Part shown: positions 25,257-34,864 of the stretch, piece after piece
Numbering within the stretch: the stretch's first letter is position 1
How the letters are laid out: each line of letters starts with the position of its first letter
Assembly (NCBI GenBank): GCA_039621445.1
Contig: CP154954.1
Location: 37,867,703 to 37,931,702 of the forward strand
DNA: 64,000 nt
Reading direction: 5' to 3'
From: Euglena gracilis
Lineage: Eukaryota
Program-made: the position numbers and the translations under genes
Notes under the pieces: model-generated
Told to the model about the DNA's origin: nothing
The model's database searches: none
The model's input: only the letters and a program-made list of their open reading frames with translations

Positions 25257-26070
25257 CAGGGTTAGCTTAAGCCGGAGGGACCCAAGGGGGGGGGGGTCCA
25301 GCCAGGCAGCAGCTCCCAGCTGGCCTGCAAACCCTCCTGGTATCGTCCAAAGAAAGTTGGACCGGAAACAGGGGTTCAAAAACATGGCCGAAAAACTGCT
25401 GTTTTTGAAGCCCCCCACCCACCCACCCCCCGGGGGCCCAGGGGGGACGGGCAACTCACTCATTTTCCCCCGAAAATGGCCAAAGATCGCGAAAATGCTA
25501 AAAATAGCACCTTTTTCAAAAACTTTCGGTGCCGAAAAGTATATCCAACCCCCCCCCCCCCCAGGGTTGGATGGGAAGCCCTTCGGTATTGAGGTAGGTG
25601 GTGGGGGGGTCCCGACCACCCCCCCGGGGGCAAGGTGGTGGGGGGGGGGTCTGGACCACCCCCCCCCCCCTAGACGTTGGGGGGTCCGGACCCCCACCCC
25701 CCTCCTTCACAGGTGCCAAAAATAGCAGAAAATTTTCTTCCGGTGCTGTGCGCCGGAAAATGAGCAAGAAACACCTCTTTTGCTGACTTTTGGCCATATT
25801 GCCCATTTTCTTTGATGTGTTGGTGTTTTCCCCCCCAAAAAATGTTCAAAAGTTTCAAAAAACGAGCATTTTTGGATCGATTTTCAAAGAAAAATCAGGG
25901 ATTTTTGACCGATTTCGACCCAATTTCCAGCCCTTTGCCCGTCCATGAAATGAAAACTCCCCCCCCCCCAGTTTCGAGGCACCCCCCCCCCCCGTGTCGG
26001 GAGGGGGGTCTGACCCACCCCCTCTCAAGGCTTCCCATCCAACCCTGCCCCCCCCCTGCCAAGGGGGGTC
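25257..26070. mobile_element. Rearranged relative of the hAT-type element at 53417-54350
   Basis: 25650-25950 matches 53480-53790 directly; 25565-25650 matches 53870-53970 in inverted orientation. Confidence 0.6.
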
Positions 26071-26219
26071 CAGCCGTGCCTGCATTTTTTTCAGCCAGGA
26101 GCTCCCAACCGGGCTGTGGACCCGCCCTCAGGGTCCACTGGGGACTTTTCTAGGCAAGGGCCTAGAAAAGAAACCTCATACACTTGCATTTTCTCCCACA
26201 TCCATCCCCCCATTCTCAG

Positions 26220-26349
26220 GTGACAACCGAGAGGATGGCCATGTGTGGGTGTGGCACCCAGCTCTGCTGGCCATGGGGAGATGGATGGAATTACGTTGTT
26301 TTTATGACGGCGACAGCGGCACCATGCGATGCCCAGATGGCCTGGCCAG
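26220..26349 (+). CDS. Putative exon (GDNREDGHVWVWHPALLAMGRWMELRCFYDGDSGTMRCPDGLA)
   Basis: ttctcag acceptor; phase-1 entry matches the exon at 24191-24340; donor AG|gtggtg (alternative gtgagg at 26360). Confidence 0.45.
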
Positions 26350-26605
26350 GTGGTGGGTGGTGAGGGTGCGGTGTGGTGCGGTATGGGTGTGGGGTGGGTG
26401 TTGTTTCCGAGTGCCAGTGTGTGAGCAGAGTTTAAAAATCATTGATGGGATTCAATCCCCCAACCCCAATCCCTCCGATTGAGTGACCCCCATGATCACC
26501 TTGTTGTGGTCAATATGGCCCCCTCTGACGTTGCCTTTGGTTTTGGCTTTGATGGACCATCGCTGCTGACAGCCACCTGGGCCAGGGCTGGGCTTTTGGA
26601 TTGCC

Positions 26606-26666
26606 TGTGTGTGCGTGTGTGTTGTGTGTGTGCGCGCGCGTGTGTGTGCGTGTGCGTGTGCGTGTG

Positions 26667-26738
<72 letters not shown>

Positions 26739-26762
26739 AAGTGGGTGGGTGGGTGGGTGGGT
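26606..26762. repeat. (GT)n / (GGGT)n microsatellite
   Basis: Directly visible. Confidence 0.97.
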
Positions 26763-26810
26763 GGGGGGTATGGTTGGGTGGTCGTTGTGTGGTTGTGTGT
26801 GCACCAACAG

Positions 26811-26883
26811 CCCGCAAGGCCTTGTGGCAAGCGAGGAGATCCGCATCCACAACGCAACACCACCAGGGCCTTTGGGGCGTTAA
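26811..26883 (+). CDS. Putative terminal exon (PQGLVASEEIRIHNATPPGPLGR*)
   Basis: caacag acceptor; phase-2 entry is consistent with the donor at 26349; ends in TAA. Confidence 0.3.
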
Positions 26884-28311
26884 GTTGTTGTTTTGGGTCG
26901 TTGGGTTTTTGGTTCCCTGTTCCCCCCCATTGGCCAACAATGAGCACGCTATTGAGTGGTTTTGTGGTGTTGCCAATGGGCCGAATTTCAAGGTGCTTGG
27001 GCATTCGGCCAAAGCATTTCCGGAACCCAAGGTTCCGGAAGTCACGGCTGTGCAGGAATCCCCGCAACCCCCTGGATGGGGGTCGACCCCATTTCCGGTG
27101 GCGCCAGTTTTTTGGGTCAAAATTTTCCTTCGTCGCCTTCGGAAGGAATTTCCTTTGGGCGGTGCCAAGGTGGGTGGGGGGGGGTCGATCCCCCATCAAG
27201 CCTTCCAGCACAGCCCTGCCAAAATCCAGAAAAGCCCATTTTTGGCTTTTTTTGGCCCATGATTGTGGACCCCCCCCCCCAGGCAGAGCAGAACGGGAAT
27301 CGGCCGAACAGCCAGGGTGGTGGGTGGGGGGGGTCGACCCCCCCCACCCGTATCCACCCTGTACCCTGTTCCCGTATTTCCAGGAGCACCAATTTTTGGA
27401 CCCGAAAAAAATTTTCTGGCGCCGGGTGTTTTTTTTGACCCATTTGGGACCCATGTGGGGGGGTCCCCCAAAAGCCACCCAAAACCACCCAAAACCCCAT
27501 TTTTTTCACACCTTCCAAAAATTCAACATTTTCTCAAAATGTTGATTTTGAGAAGTTTTTGAAGCAAAAAAATGCCGTTGAAAGTCCAAAAAATTTCAAA
27601 GAGAAAAAATGTCAGTAAAATTTGACTGTGCCAAAATTTGGTCCACTTTTTTTTGACCTTTGCTTTTCTCACCCCCCTCCTAAAAACTACCAATTTTCAA
27701 CCCTGAAATTTTTGAGATTTTTTTTGTGAAAAAAGTGTGGCTTTCCATCAAAAATCATGTGTTTTGGGTTCATCATGTGTTTTTCTGGCCAAAATCCCCG
27801 TTTCCCCGAAATCAGTGAAAATGCTGTGGAGGGGGGGGGGTCGACCCCCCCACCAGGCTTTCCCATTCTGCCCTGCCCCCAGGGCACCCCAAGCCCCTCC
27901 CCCCCCCCGGTTGGTTGAATTCATCCTGATTGCCAATGCTGATGCCCCAAAGGTCCAAAAAACGTTGCTGTTGTCGTCGTCGTTGTTGTTGTTGCTGTTG
28001 CTGCTGTATCATAACGCCGCACGCATTTTTGTTAAAAAATGATAATACAAATAAAAATAAAAAGTGAAAGTTGATATAATCAACAAATGGTGAAAGGTAT
28101 CTTCAATGTGAAATATTGTCTATTGTCCCAAACTTTGATCAGGAAAGTGCTGAATTGAACCCTGTGTAATAAAGCAAGTGCGTGGAAGAAGTGTAATGTA
28201 TTTTTGGAGGGTTCCGGGTTCTCAGGAAAGGCGTTGGCTCGATGCTTGAAAGTTTTGGGGAACCGCCAGCAACTTTTGCAACTTTTGCAATTTTTCCAGC
28301 TGGACGGACAC

Positions 28312-28477
28312 CAGGGTTTTTTTTGTCTTGGCCTCCTCGGGGGGGGGGGGGGGGGGGGGGGGTTGGTCCAGCCGAGCCCCCCCCCCATCAGGGGGGGGGC
28401 TCGGCTCAGGGGGGGTGTGAGAAACTTTCCGGCGCCAGGGGTGGGTGGGCGGCCCCCGGGCTTTAAAAAAAACCCTG
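28312..28477. mobile_element. Short hAT-like MITE
   Basis: CAGGGTTTTTTT...AAAAAACCCTG termini; TSD is degenerate. Confidence 0.55.
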
Positions 28478-28789
28478 CTGGGCACCACCGGAAGCTGCCC
28501 CACCGGAAAACCGTTCGCACTGCAAATTTGTCGCCACAGTTGCACACTGTCACAATTTTCTCTGTCCAAACAGAGGCGGAGCCTTTGCTTTTAGATCCAT
28601 ATTTTATCCCAAATGAGAGTTGGATCACCCCCCCGATTTTTGAGCTTTTTCTGTGGGTATTCAAAAGTTTTTTGGTGTTGGTGCAAGCATTCAAGAAGGA
28701 TGGGCCCTGGCTGGCCGTGCTGTTTTTAGAAGAATTTCATTTAAATTTGTATTGCACAGAATGCGGAGACAGAGAGGGGATCAGCATTA

Positions 28790-28954
28790 CCCCCCCCCCC
28801 CAAATGACCCTATCAATGTTGCTTCAGGACCCCCCGAAGGGTCATCTAGGGGGGGGGTCATTTAGGGGGGGGATATTTTTCCCACTTGAAAAATTGCTCT
28901 GCTAAATGACCCCCCTAGATGACCCCCCAGGGGGGTCATTTAGGGGGGGGGGGG
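28790..28954. mobile_element. TA-flanked MITE
   Basis: TA|C-run AAATGACCC...GGGTCATTTAG G-run|TA; internal GACCCCC/GGGGGTC palindromes. Confidence 0.7.
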
Positions 28955-29814
28955 TACCTCGAGTGTGGGGTGGCCTGGCACTGAGGAGTTTTGGCAAAAA
29001 TCCCGTTAAATTGCCCAAACTATTTTGTTTTACCCCTCGAGTTGAGGCCCGGGTGGGGTCAGTAGTTTATGGTTTTTTGCCCCCTTGAGAAAAAAAACGA
29101 CATTTTTGGAATTATGAATCCCCCACTAACTTTCTTCGTCGGTCCAAAGCGGTTAAGAGTCGAGGTTTGGTGAGTGGCCTAAAAGGCCGTCTTAAAAAAA
29201 TACCCCTGACTGAACTGATGCTACTGAACTGACTGAAGCGATGCCCAGTCCCCCCCCAAAAAATGGGAAAATCCCTTCCTGTTGGCAATAAGAATTTGGT
29301 CAAAATATCGCCGCCCCCCTGCACCCCCCAATTTTCATCAAAGGCGAGCTTAGTCGACCTGCGGCCTCCTCGGAGGGGGGGTGGCCACCGCACCCTCAAA
29401 ATCCTTTTGTGTTGGCAAATTCTTTGGCGGGGCTGCTTTTTTCTGAGGGGTCATTTTGACGGGTTTTCCTGGCCACCGCAAAGGTAAATATTTACCGGAA
29501 CATGGCTGAAAACGAAAATTTTCTCAAAAAATGCTGAGGAATCAAAAGGCAAAAATGTGCCAAAATTGCTGTGCCGAAAAAAAAAAAACGTGTGGGGCAG
29601 CCTTGCGCTGAGGGGTTTTGGCAAAACCCGTGAAATTACCCAAAACATTTTGTTTTACCCCCCTGGTGCACAAGTCCGGTGTATTTTTGGGACGGCTTTT
29701 TTGGCCACACACCAAACCTGGACTTATAACCCCCCCCCCCGCGCTTTGGACCAACAAAGAAAATTACTGGGGATTCAGAATTCCAAAAATTTCCTTTTGT
29801 TTCTCTAGGGGGCG

Positions 29815-31010
29815 AAACACCGCCGGCGTACAAGGCATGGCCTCACAAGGTCTTGGTGCTTCGCCCTCGGTGTCCCTTCCTCCCTGGTCGGCTTGCCTCG
29901 AGGGAGCACGAGAACCAAGCTGACCCCACCCGGGCCTCACCTCGGGTTTACCCCTGAAACAAACAAAGTATGCTAAGCCCCCCCAAAAAATGACAAGATC
30001 CCTTCCTGATGGATAAAAAGGGTTGGAGGCTAACCCCAACCCTGACCCTGACCCTTCTTGTTGGGAAAAAGAAAGGTCGGGCAAAATATCGCCCCCCCCC
30101 CCGCACCCCCAACCTTCAATTCATCAATTCACCATCTGCGGCCTCCTCGGGGCAGGGGGTGGCCACCCCCCCGCACCGCCTAAAATCCTTTTACGTTGGC
30201 AAAGTTCTTTGGAGGGCCTGCTTTTTTTCTGAGGGGTCTGGCCACCGCAAAGGTGAAAAAAGAAAATTTGCCGGAACATGGCAACAAAAGGAATTTTCCC
30301 TGCGAATTTTTGTATATTCACCGCCTAGTCGGCGAACGTGACCGGCTAGTAAACCCCCGAAATATAAAGCCCCCCCCCCGGCTTTGGACGGGATTTCAAG
30401 GCCCCCAAGGGGGGCTTTATTGGGTGGGTAATCAACCTTTTTTGGCTGTCCCAGTGGCCTCAGGCGGCCATCATTTGCGGCCAAATACCAAATTTTATGC
30501 CAAATTTGCACTGTGTGCTTGCTATTTCCCTTAAAAAAAATGTCAAATGTTATCCGAAATGGCGCAGTTCTTGTGAAAACAAATCCTGTATATACCCAAA
30601 AATTTCTTACGTTCTCCTGCACGGCAACATGATCTGACTCCAAATGGGGGGGTCTTTTTAAAGGCGGCAAAAACCAAACCCCCAAGGGGGGTCTACTCCC
30701 TCAAGGCAAGCCGACCAGACAGGAAGGGACGCCGAGGGCGAAGCACAAAGACATTGCCGGCGAGCAAGGCATGGCCTCACAAGGGCCGGAGATGCGGAGC
30801 CGGAGATGCCCTTTACAATTGTGGTGCAGGCTTTATATTTTGGTGGATACATTACACCTGGTGAATTGCCGAACTTGACCGACACGTCGGGCTCCGCACT
30901 TTGCCATTGAGAGGCCATGCCTTGCTCGCCGGCGGTTTGTTGTGATTTTTTGGTCCGCTGAGTTAGGGGGTCCCGCTTAGTGCCTTTTTTTCGCCGGAGT
31001 TGGCTGATTC
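29815..31010. mobile_element. Isolated DIRS 3'-terminal fragments (29815-29912, 30690-30785, 30905-31010) among other repeats
   Basis: Match the terminal sequence GGCATGGCCTCACAAGG..CTTCGCCCTCGGTGTCCCTTCCTCCCTGGTCGG seen at 37960-38050 and 31040-31200. Confidence 0.75.
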
Positions 31011-31419
31011 TTAACTTGTCCTTCGACACCCAGAATCGCACTCCCTCGAGGCGAGCCGACCAGGGAGGAAGGGACACCGAGGGCGAAGCACAAAGACCTT
31101 GTGACGCCATGCCTTGCTCGCCGGCGGTGTAGGGATTGTTTGGGTGCGTTGGGTTAGGAGTCTCTGCTTAGTGCCGCCTCGCCGGAGTTGGCTGACGATG
31201 CTGCTCCGACTTGGCGACGTGACTTCTTGCCCCTGGGGGGCTCCCCTCTGCCCCCCTCCTGGCACCCCATCTTCTGATCGAGGGCGTTTGAAGACAAATT
31301 TTCTTTTACAGGTGGGGGGGTCGGGCTCACAAGGTCTTTGTGCATCGCCCTCGGTGTCCCTTCCTCCCTGGTCGGTTTTCCGCGAGGGAGTACGAGACAC
31401 CTTGGGCTCCGCACTTTAC

Positions 31420-32200
31420 CCTTGTGAGGCCTGATTGTGCACTGAAACTAGGGGGGCCAGGGCATGTTCCAGGGCACCTTGGGCACCAAGTCTTTGATTG
31501 TGGGCTGTAAAAGCCTCCACCCCCCTCCACAGGCCAATCTCACAAACTTCTTGGGAGGAAAGGCCCAATTTTTTTTAACCAACTCCTGCCCCTCTGGTGG
31601 AGCGGGCCCCCCACACCAGGGGGGTCACCCCGTGCTTGGCCAAAAAATCTTTTGTGATAGAAGCAACAGTGTCTGCACTTATGGCCCTGAAGGGGGGTTT
31701 TAATGAAATCAGAAGGGGGCCCCTAGGTCTGACGAATGAACGTGTAGCAGCCACATAAGACATCATTATATGAAAGGGGCTTATTTGTGGACATTGGGGA
31801 ATGGACACCACGCTTTCCCACTTGTGAAACTTTTGGCCTTCACGTTTAATTTTAAAGTAGGTTGCTCTACCCAAAACACTGGTGGTCCGTTTGACTTGTG
31901 CCAAGTCAGAGGGTCGATATAAACAGAGAATTCGTGAGCAAAAAATCAGCTGGGTGCGCAATGTACAAATATCAGTGGGCATTGGGGCCTTGGCCAGCCA
32001 CAGGAGGATTGGGAGGGGATCCCAAAATGACCCATACTTCTCCAGGTTTTGGTTCCAAAGCCTCTTGTAGGGGGGTGTGGAGTCTCAGCCCACCAAACCC
32101 AGGAATCAAAAGCATAGCACTGTATGCATTGCGGGCTTGGGCCTTTGAAAATTGGAACAGTTGAATTAAAGCGTCAGCCACTTGGTCAGTGGTGGCTTCA
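31420..32200 (-). pseudogene. Tyrosine recombinase (DIRS YR), disrupted
   Basis: LRTQLIFCSRILCLYRPSDL (catalytic Arg region) and WGARSTRGAG (HxxR box; reads HSTRGAG in copy 2). Confidence 0.85.
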
Positions 32201-32426
32201 GGGGGGGCACGCCCATGTGTTCCAAAATTACCCGCAGAAGTGCAAAAGCACTCTGATAACTCTTTAAACTGGGGTTTCTCACCAGGAAATCTTTAATGGT
32301 TTTAACCTGAATTTGAACAAAGCAGGGGCCACCTGGGTGGTGGCATTTGTTCCTCCCTGCAATTGGTGAACATACCCCTGTAGGGGGTGATTTTCAGGCA
32401 GGGGGTCCCTGGAACTTTCATTTTCC

Positions 32427-33347
32427 TTAGTTGGGGGCACATATGGCTGAATCCCAGTAGGGGGTGACCATCAAAACTTTGGTCTGGGGAAAAATTTTCA
32501 ACCTGGGCACAAATTTTTGGATTATTGACCAGGGGGGGTTTGCATAAAGATCCGCCATGTTGTCCAGTGGACAATGTAGTGCATTTACTGCTGTGGCCTC
32601 CCAATGGGGCCACCTGGCCACAAAATTGGGCAGTTTTTTGTTGCCTGGGGAGGCAAACAAATCTGGTTCCAGTTTTATGAAATTTTGGAATTGCTTTCTT
32701 AACCATTGAAAAAGTTGGGGGTCTAAAGAATAATCCCTCCTGTCCATTTCCCATCTGCTTATGGGGTCAGCTAGGCATTCCTTTGAAGGCACCCAGTTGA
32801 CTTGGAGTTTTACTTGGTGCTCCATGCACCATTTGAAAAATGGTCTTAGCAGTTTGTTGAAGGGGTCCTTTCTCCCCCCCCTTTGGCCAGGTAATAGTAG
32901 ATTACCTGGTTGTCCACTGACACGGACACTGTTTCCCCAGGTTTGCTCAAACTTTTCACAGTGTTTAGTGCTGAACTGAGCTCCTTTACATTGATGTGTA
33001 AAATGGAGTCTTTTCTCCAAAATTCCTGCACAATTTCTCCTGTGTGGGTGTCTAGCCCCCCCCCCCCCCAGGCATGGGTGCTCCTGTCTGATTGCAACCC
33101 TCTGGTTGCATTTTGGGGGAAGGGTCTGCCTCCCCAGGGGTCTAGCTGAATTTTTATTTCCCTTAATTTGGGTCTTGATTTCCTGGGAAATGGGTGTTTT
33201 GAGTCCCAGGGGTCTGCAGACTTTGCCACCAAAAAATTTGTCAGGGCGTCTGTAAAAGCCCTTAAAAAGGGCAGGGCCATAAGGTTGCATCTTATTTGTC
33301 CCAAAATGGCAGCCAATTGCCTTTTTGACATGTAATCTTTTTTTCAC
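32427..33347 (-). pseudogene. DIRS RNase H plus adenine-methyltransferase-like domain, frameshifted
   Basis: HINVKEL, VSVDNQVIYYYL and WVPSKECLADPISR (RNase H); DLFASPGNKKL...YANPPW...VTPYW (methyltransferase-like). Confidence 0.9.
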
Positions 33348-33950
33348 GAGTTTTCCAAGCTTTTTTTATGGTTTTCACTTTCTGGGGGGGCACCTGCAGC
33401 TTTCCTTCCTGGAAGTTCAGTTGAAAACCCAGATGGGTTACCATTTGGGTGGGCTGGAGGGTGGACTTTTTCACATTGATTTTAAACCCAGAATCCAGCA
33501 AATCTTTGACAACTGTGTTCAGGTGATTTTGCAAAGTGTTTTGGGTGGTGGCCACCAGCAAAACGTCGTCCAGGTAAACAGACACCTGGATGCCCCCTTT
33601 TCTCCAGAGCTTTTCGAAAGTTTTCATGACTGACATGAAAATTTGGGGCATTACACTTAGCCCAAAGCAGCCTGTTTGAAATTGCCAGGTCTGCCCCCCA
33701 CCTGATGTCTCAAAAATGGCCTTAGGCCTGGAATTACTGGAATTTGAAAGTAGGCTTCCTTGAGGTCTATTTTTGCTGCCGAGTGGCCTTTTTCAAAAAC
33801 TGGAAAAATGTCCTGGATATGATCCAGCTTGAAAGGTTTTACTTGAAATTGCTGATTGATCTCTCTGCAATCTCTGATCATTCTGTACTTGGTTGTGGTT
33901 TTGAAATTAAAAACCATGGGATCAAATGCTGGGTTTCTGATTTTTCGTAA
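33292..33950 (-). pseudogene. DIRS reverse transcriptase, disrupted
   Basis: KYRMIRDCREIN, AAKIDLKEAYFQIPV, PQIFMSVM, VYLDDVLLV, INVKKSTLQPTQ, HLGF. Confidence 0.93.
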
Positions 33951-34864
33951 TCCAGCAGAGTTTTTTCTGCCTGGTTAGGTACAGGTTGGCTCTGGGTTTT
34001 GGATGGGTGGACAATTTTGGGGGGATTTACCCAGGGGGGTTCCATTCCATTTTTTATCAATTGACATGTTGCTGGGGGGCATTTTTTGTGTACCATTTTA
34101 GACTCTTCTGAAGTCACTGGTACAGGGGGTTGTCTCCCCATTTTTCCTCCATGGAATGTATTCTCCCAACTAGATGATTTTCTGGGTGCTGGGTGGGGGG
34201 GGTTGGACATTGCACCCCTGGTGCCACTAGGGATTGAGCACTCTCTAAAGGTGGCTGGGGGGGTGTGCATGCTCTGCTCACAGGCTTTCTTATCCTCCAC
34301 TTTGTCTTTGGTGTTGTCGATTGACATACCATAGGGGCCCTTCTTGGGTCTCCCCCTTGCTTAGGCTTGCCCCTGCCATGGGCATTGATAAAGAAAGTTG
34401 AGGGGGGGTGGCCCCCTTGTCCTCCACTGCCCCTGTGGGGGCATCCTCCTGGGACTGCCACAGTACATTAAAGCCCACTGCTGGCGGACAGCCTTTTAGC
34501 TTCTGGGGCTTCACCCCTTCTGATATTTGATGGCCCCAGTGGTCTTGAATTTTTTGATGTTGTTGATGATAATACTGGCCCCACTGGCCCTCTTGAAATT
34601 TTGACAGTCCCCATTGACTTCTCTTTGACCTTTTGCTCCATGCCCACTGAAAATCCTGGGGGGCCTCTGGGGGCCAATCCTTTTCCCCTGGTAGGGTTTG
34701 TGATGAAGAAATGGTTGGGTGGTCGTTGTGGACCTGTCCTGCCCCTGCCACTGGGCATCTGTTTGTAGAATCGGCCACCCTGGCCTTGGTATTGTTGGCC
34801 ACCGTGGCCTTTGTTCCATCGGCCACCATGGCCATTGCTGTTGTGGCCTCCGTGGGGGAAAAGG

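Larger units (their letters stand above)
31034..34855 (-). mobile_element. DIRS1-like tyrosine-recombinase retrotransposon, copy 1 (decayed, 5'-truncated)
   Basis: Order on the minus strand: gag-like low-complexity region, RT, RNase H, methyltransferase-like domain, YR, terminal inverted repeat. Contains frameshifts and stops. Confidence 0.93.

Noticed and set aside
23479..25725. Long Gly/Pro-rich ORFs
   Set aside because: They run through the G/C homopolymer arms of MITEs; only the embedded 24191-24340 segment looks exonic.
26452..27545. ORFs with HTHT/VCVC runs (also at 41-262, 8.5-9.1, 14.0-14.6 and 20.8-21.4 kb)
   Set aside because: They are translations of (CA)n/(GT)n microsatellites.
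32427..32680. Bacterial or phage restriction-modification methylase, or horizontal transfer
   Set aside because: The domain is fused to RNase H between RT and YR, the standard DIRS1 arrangement.
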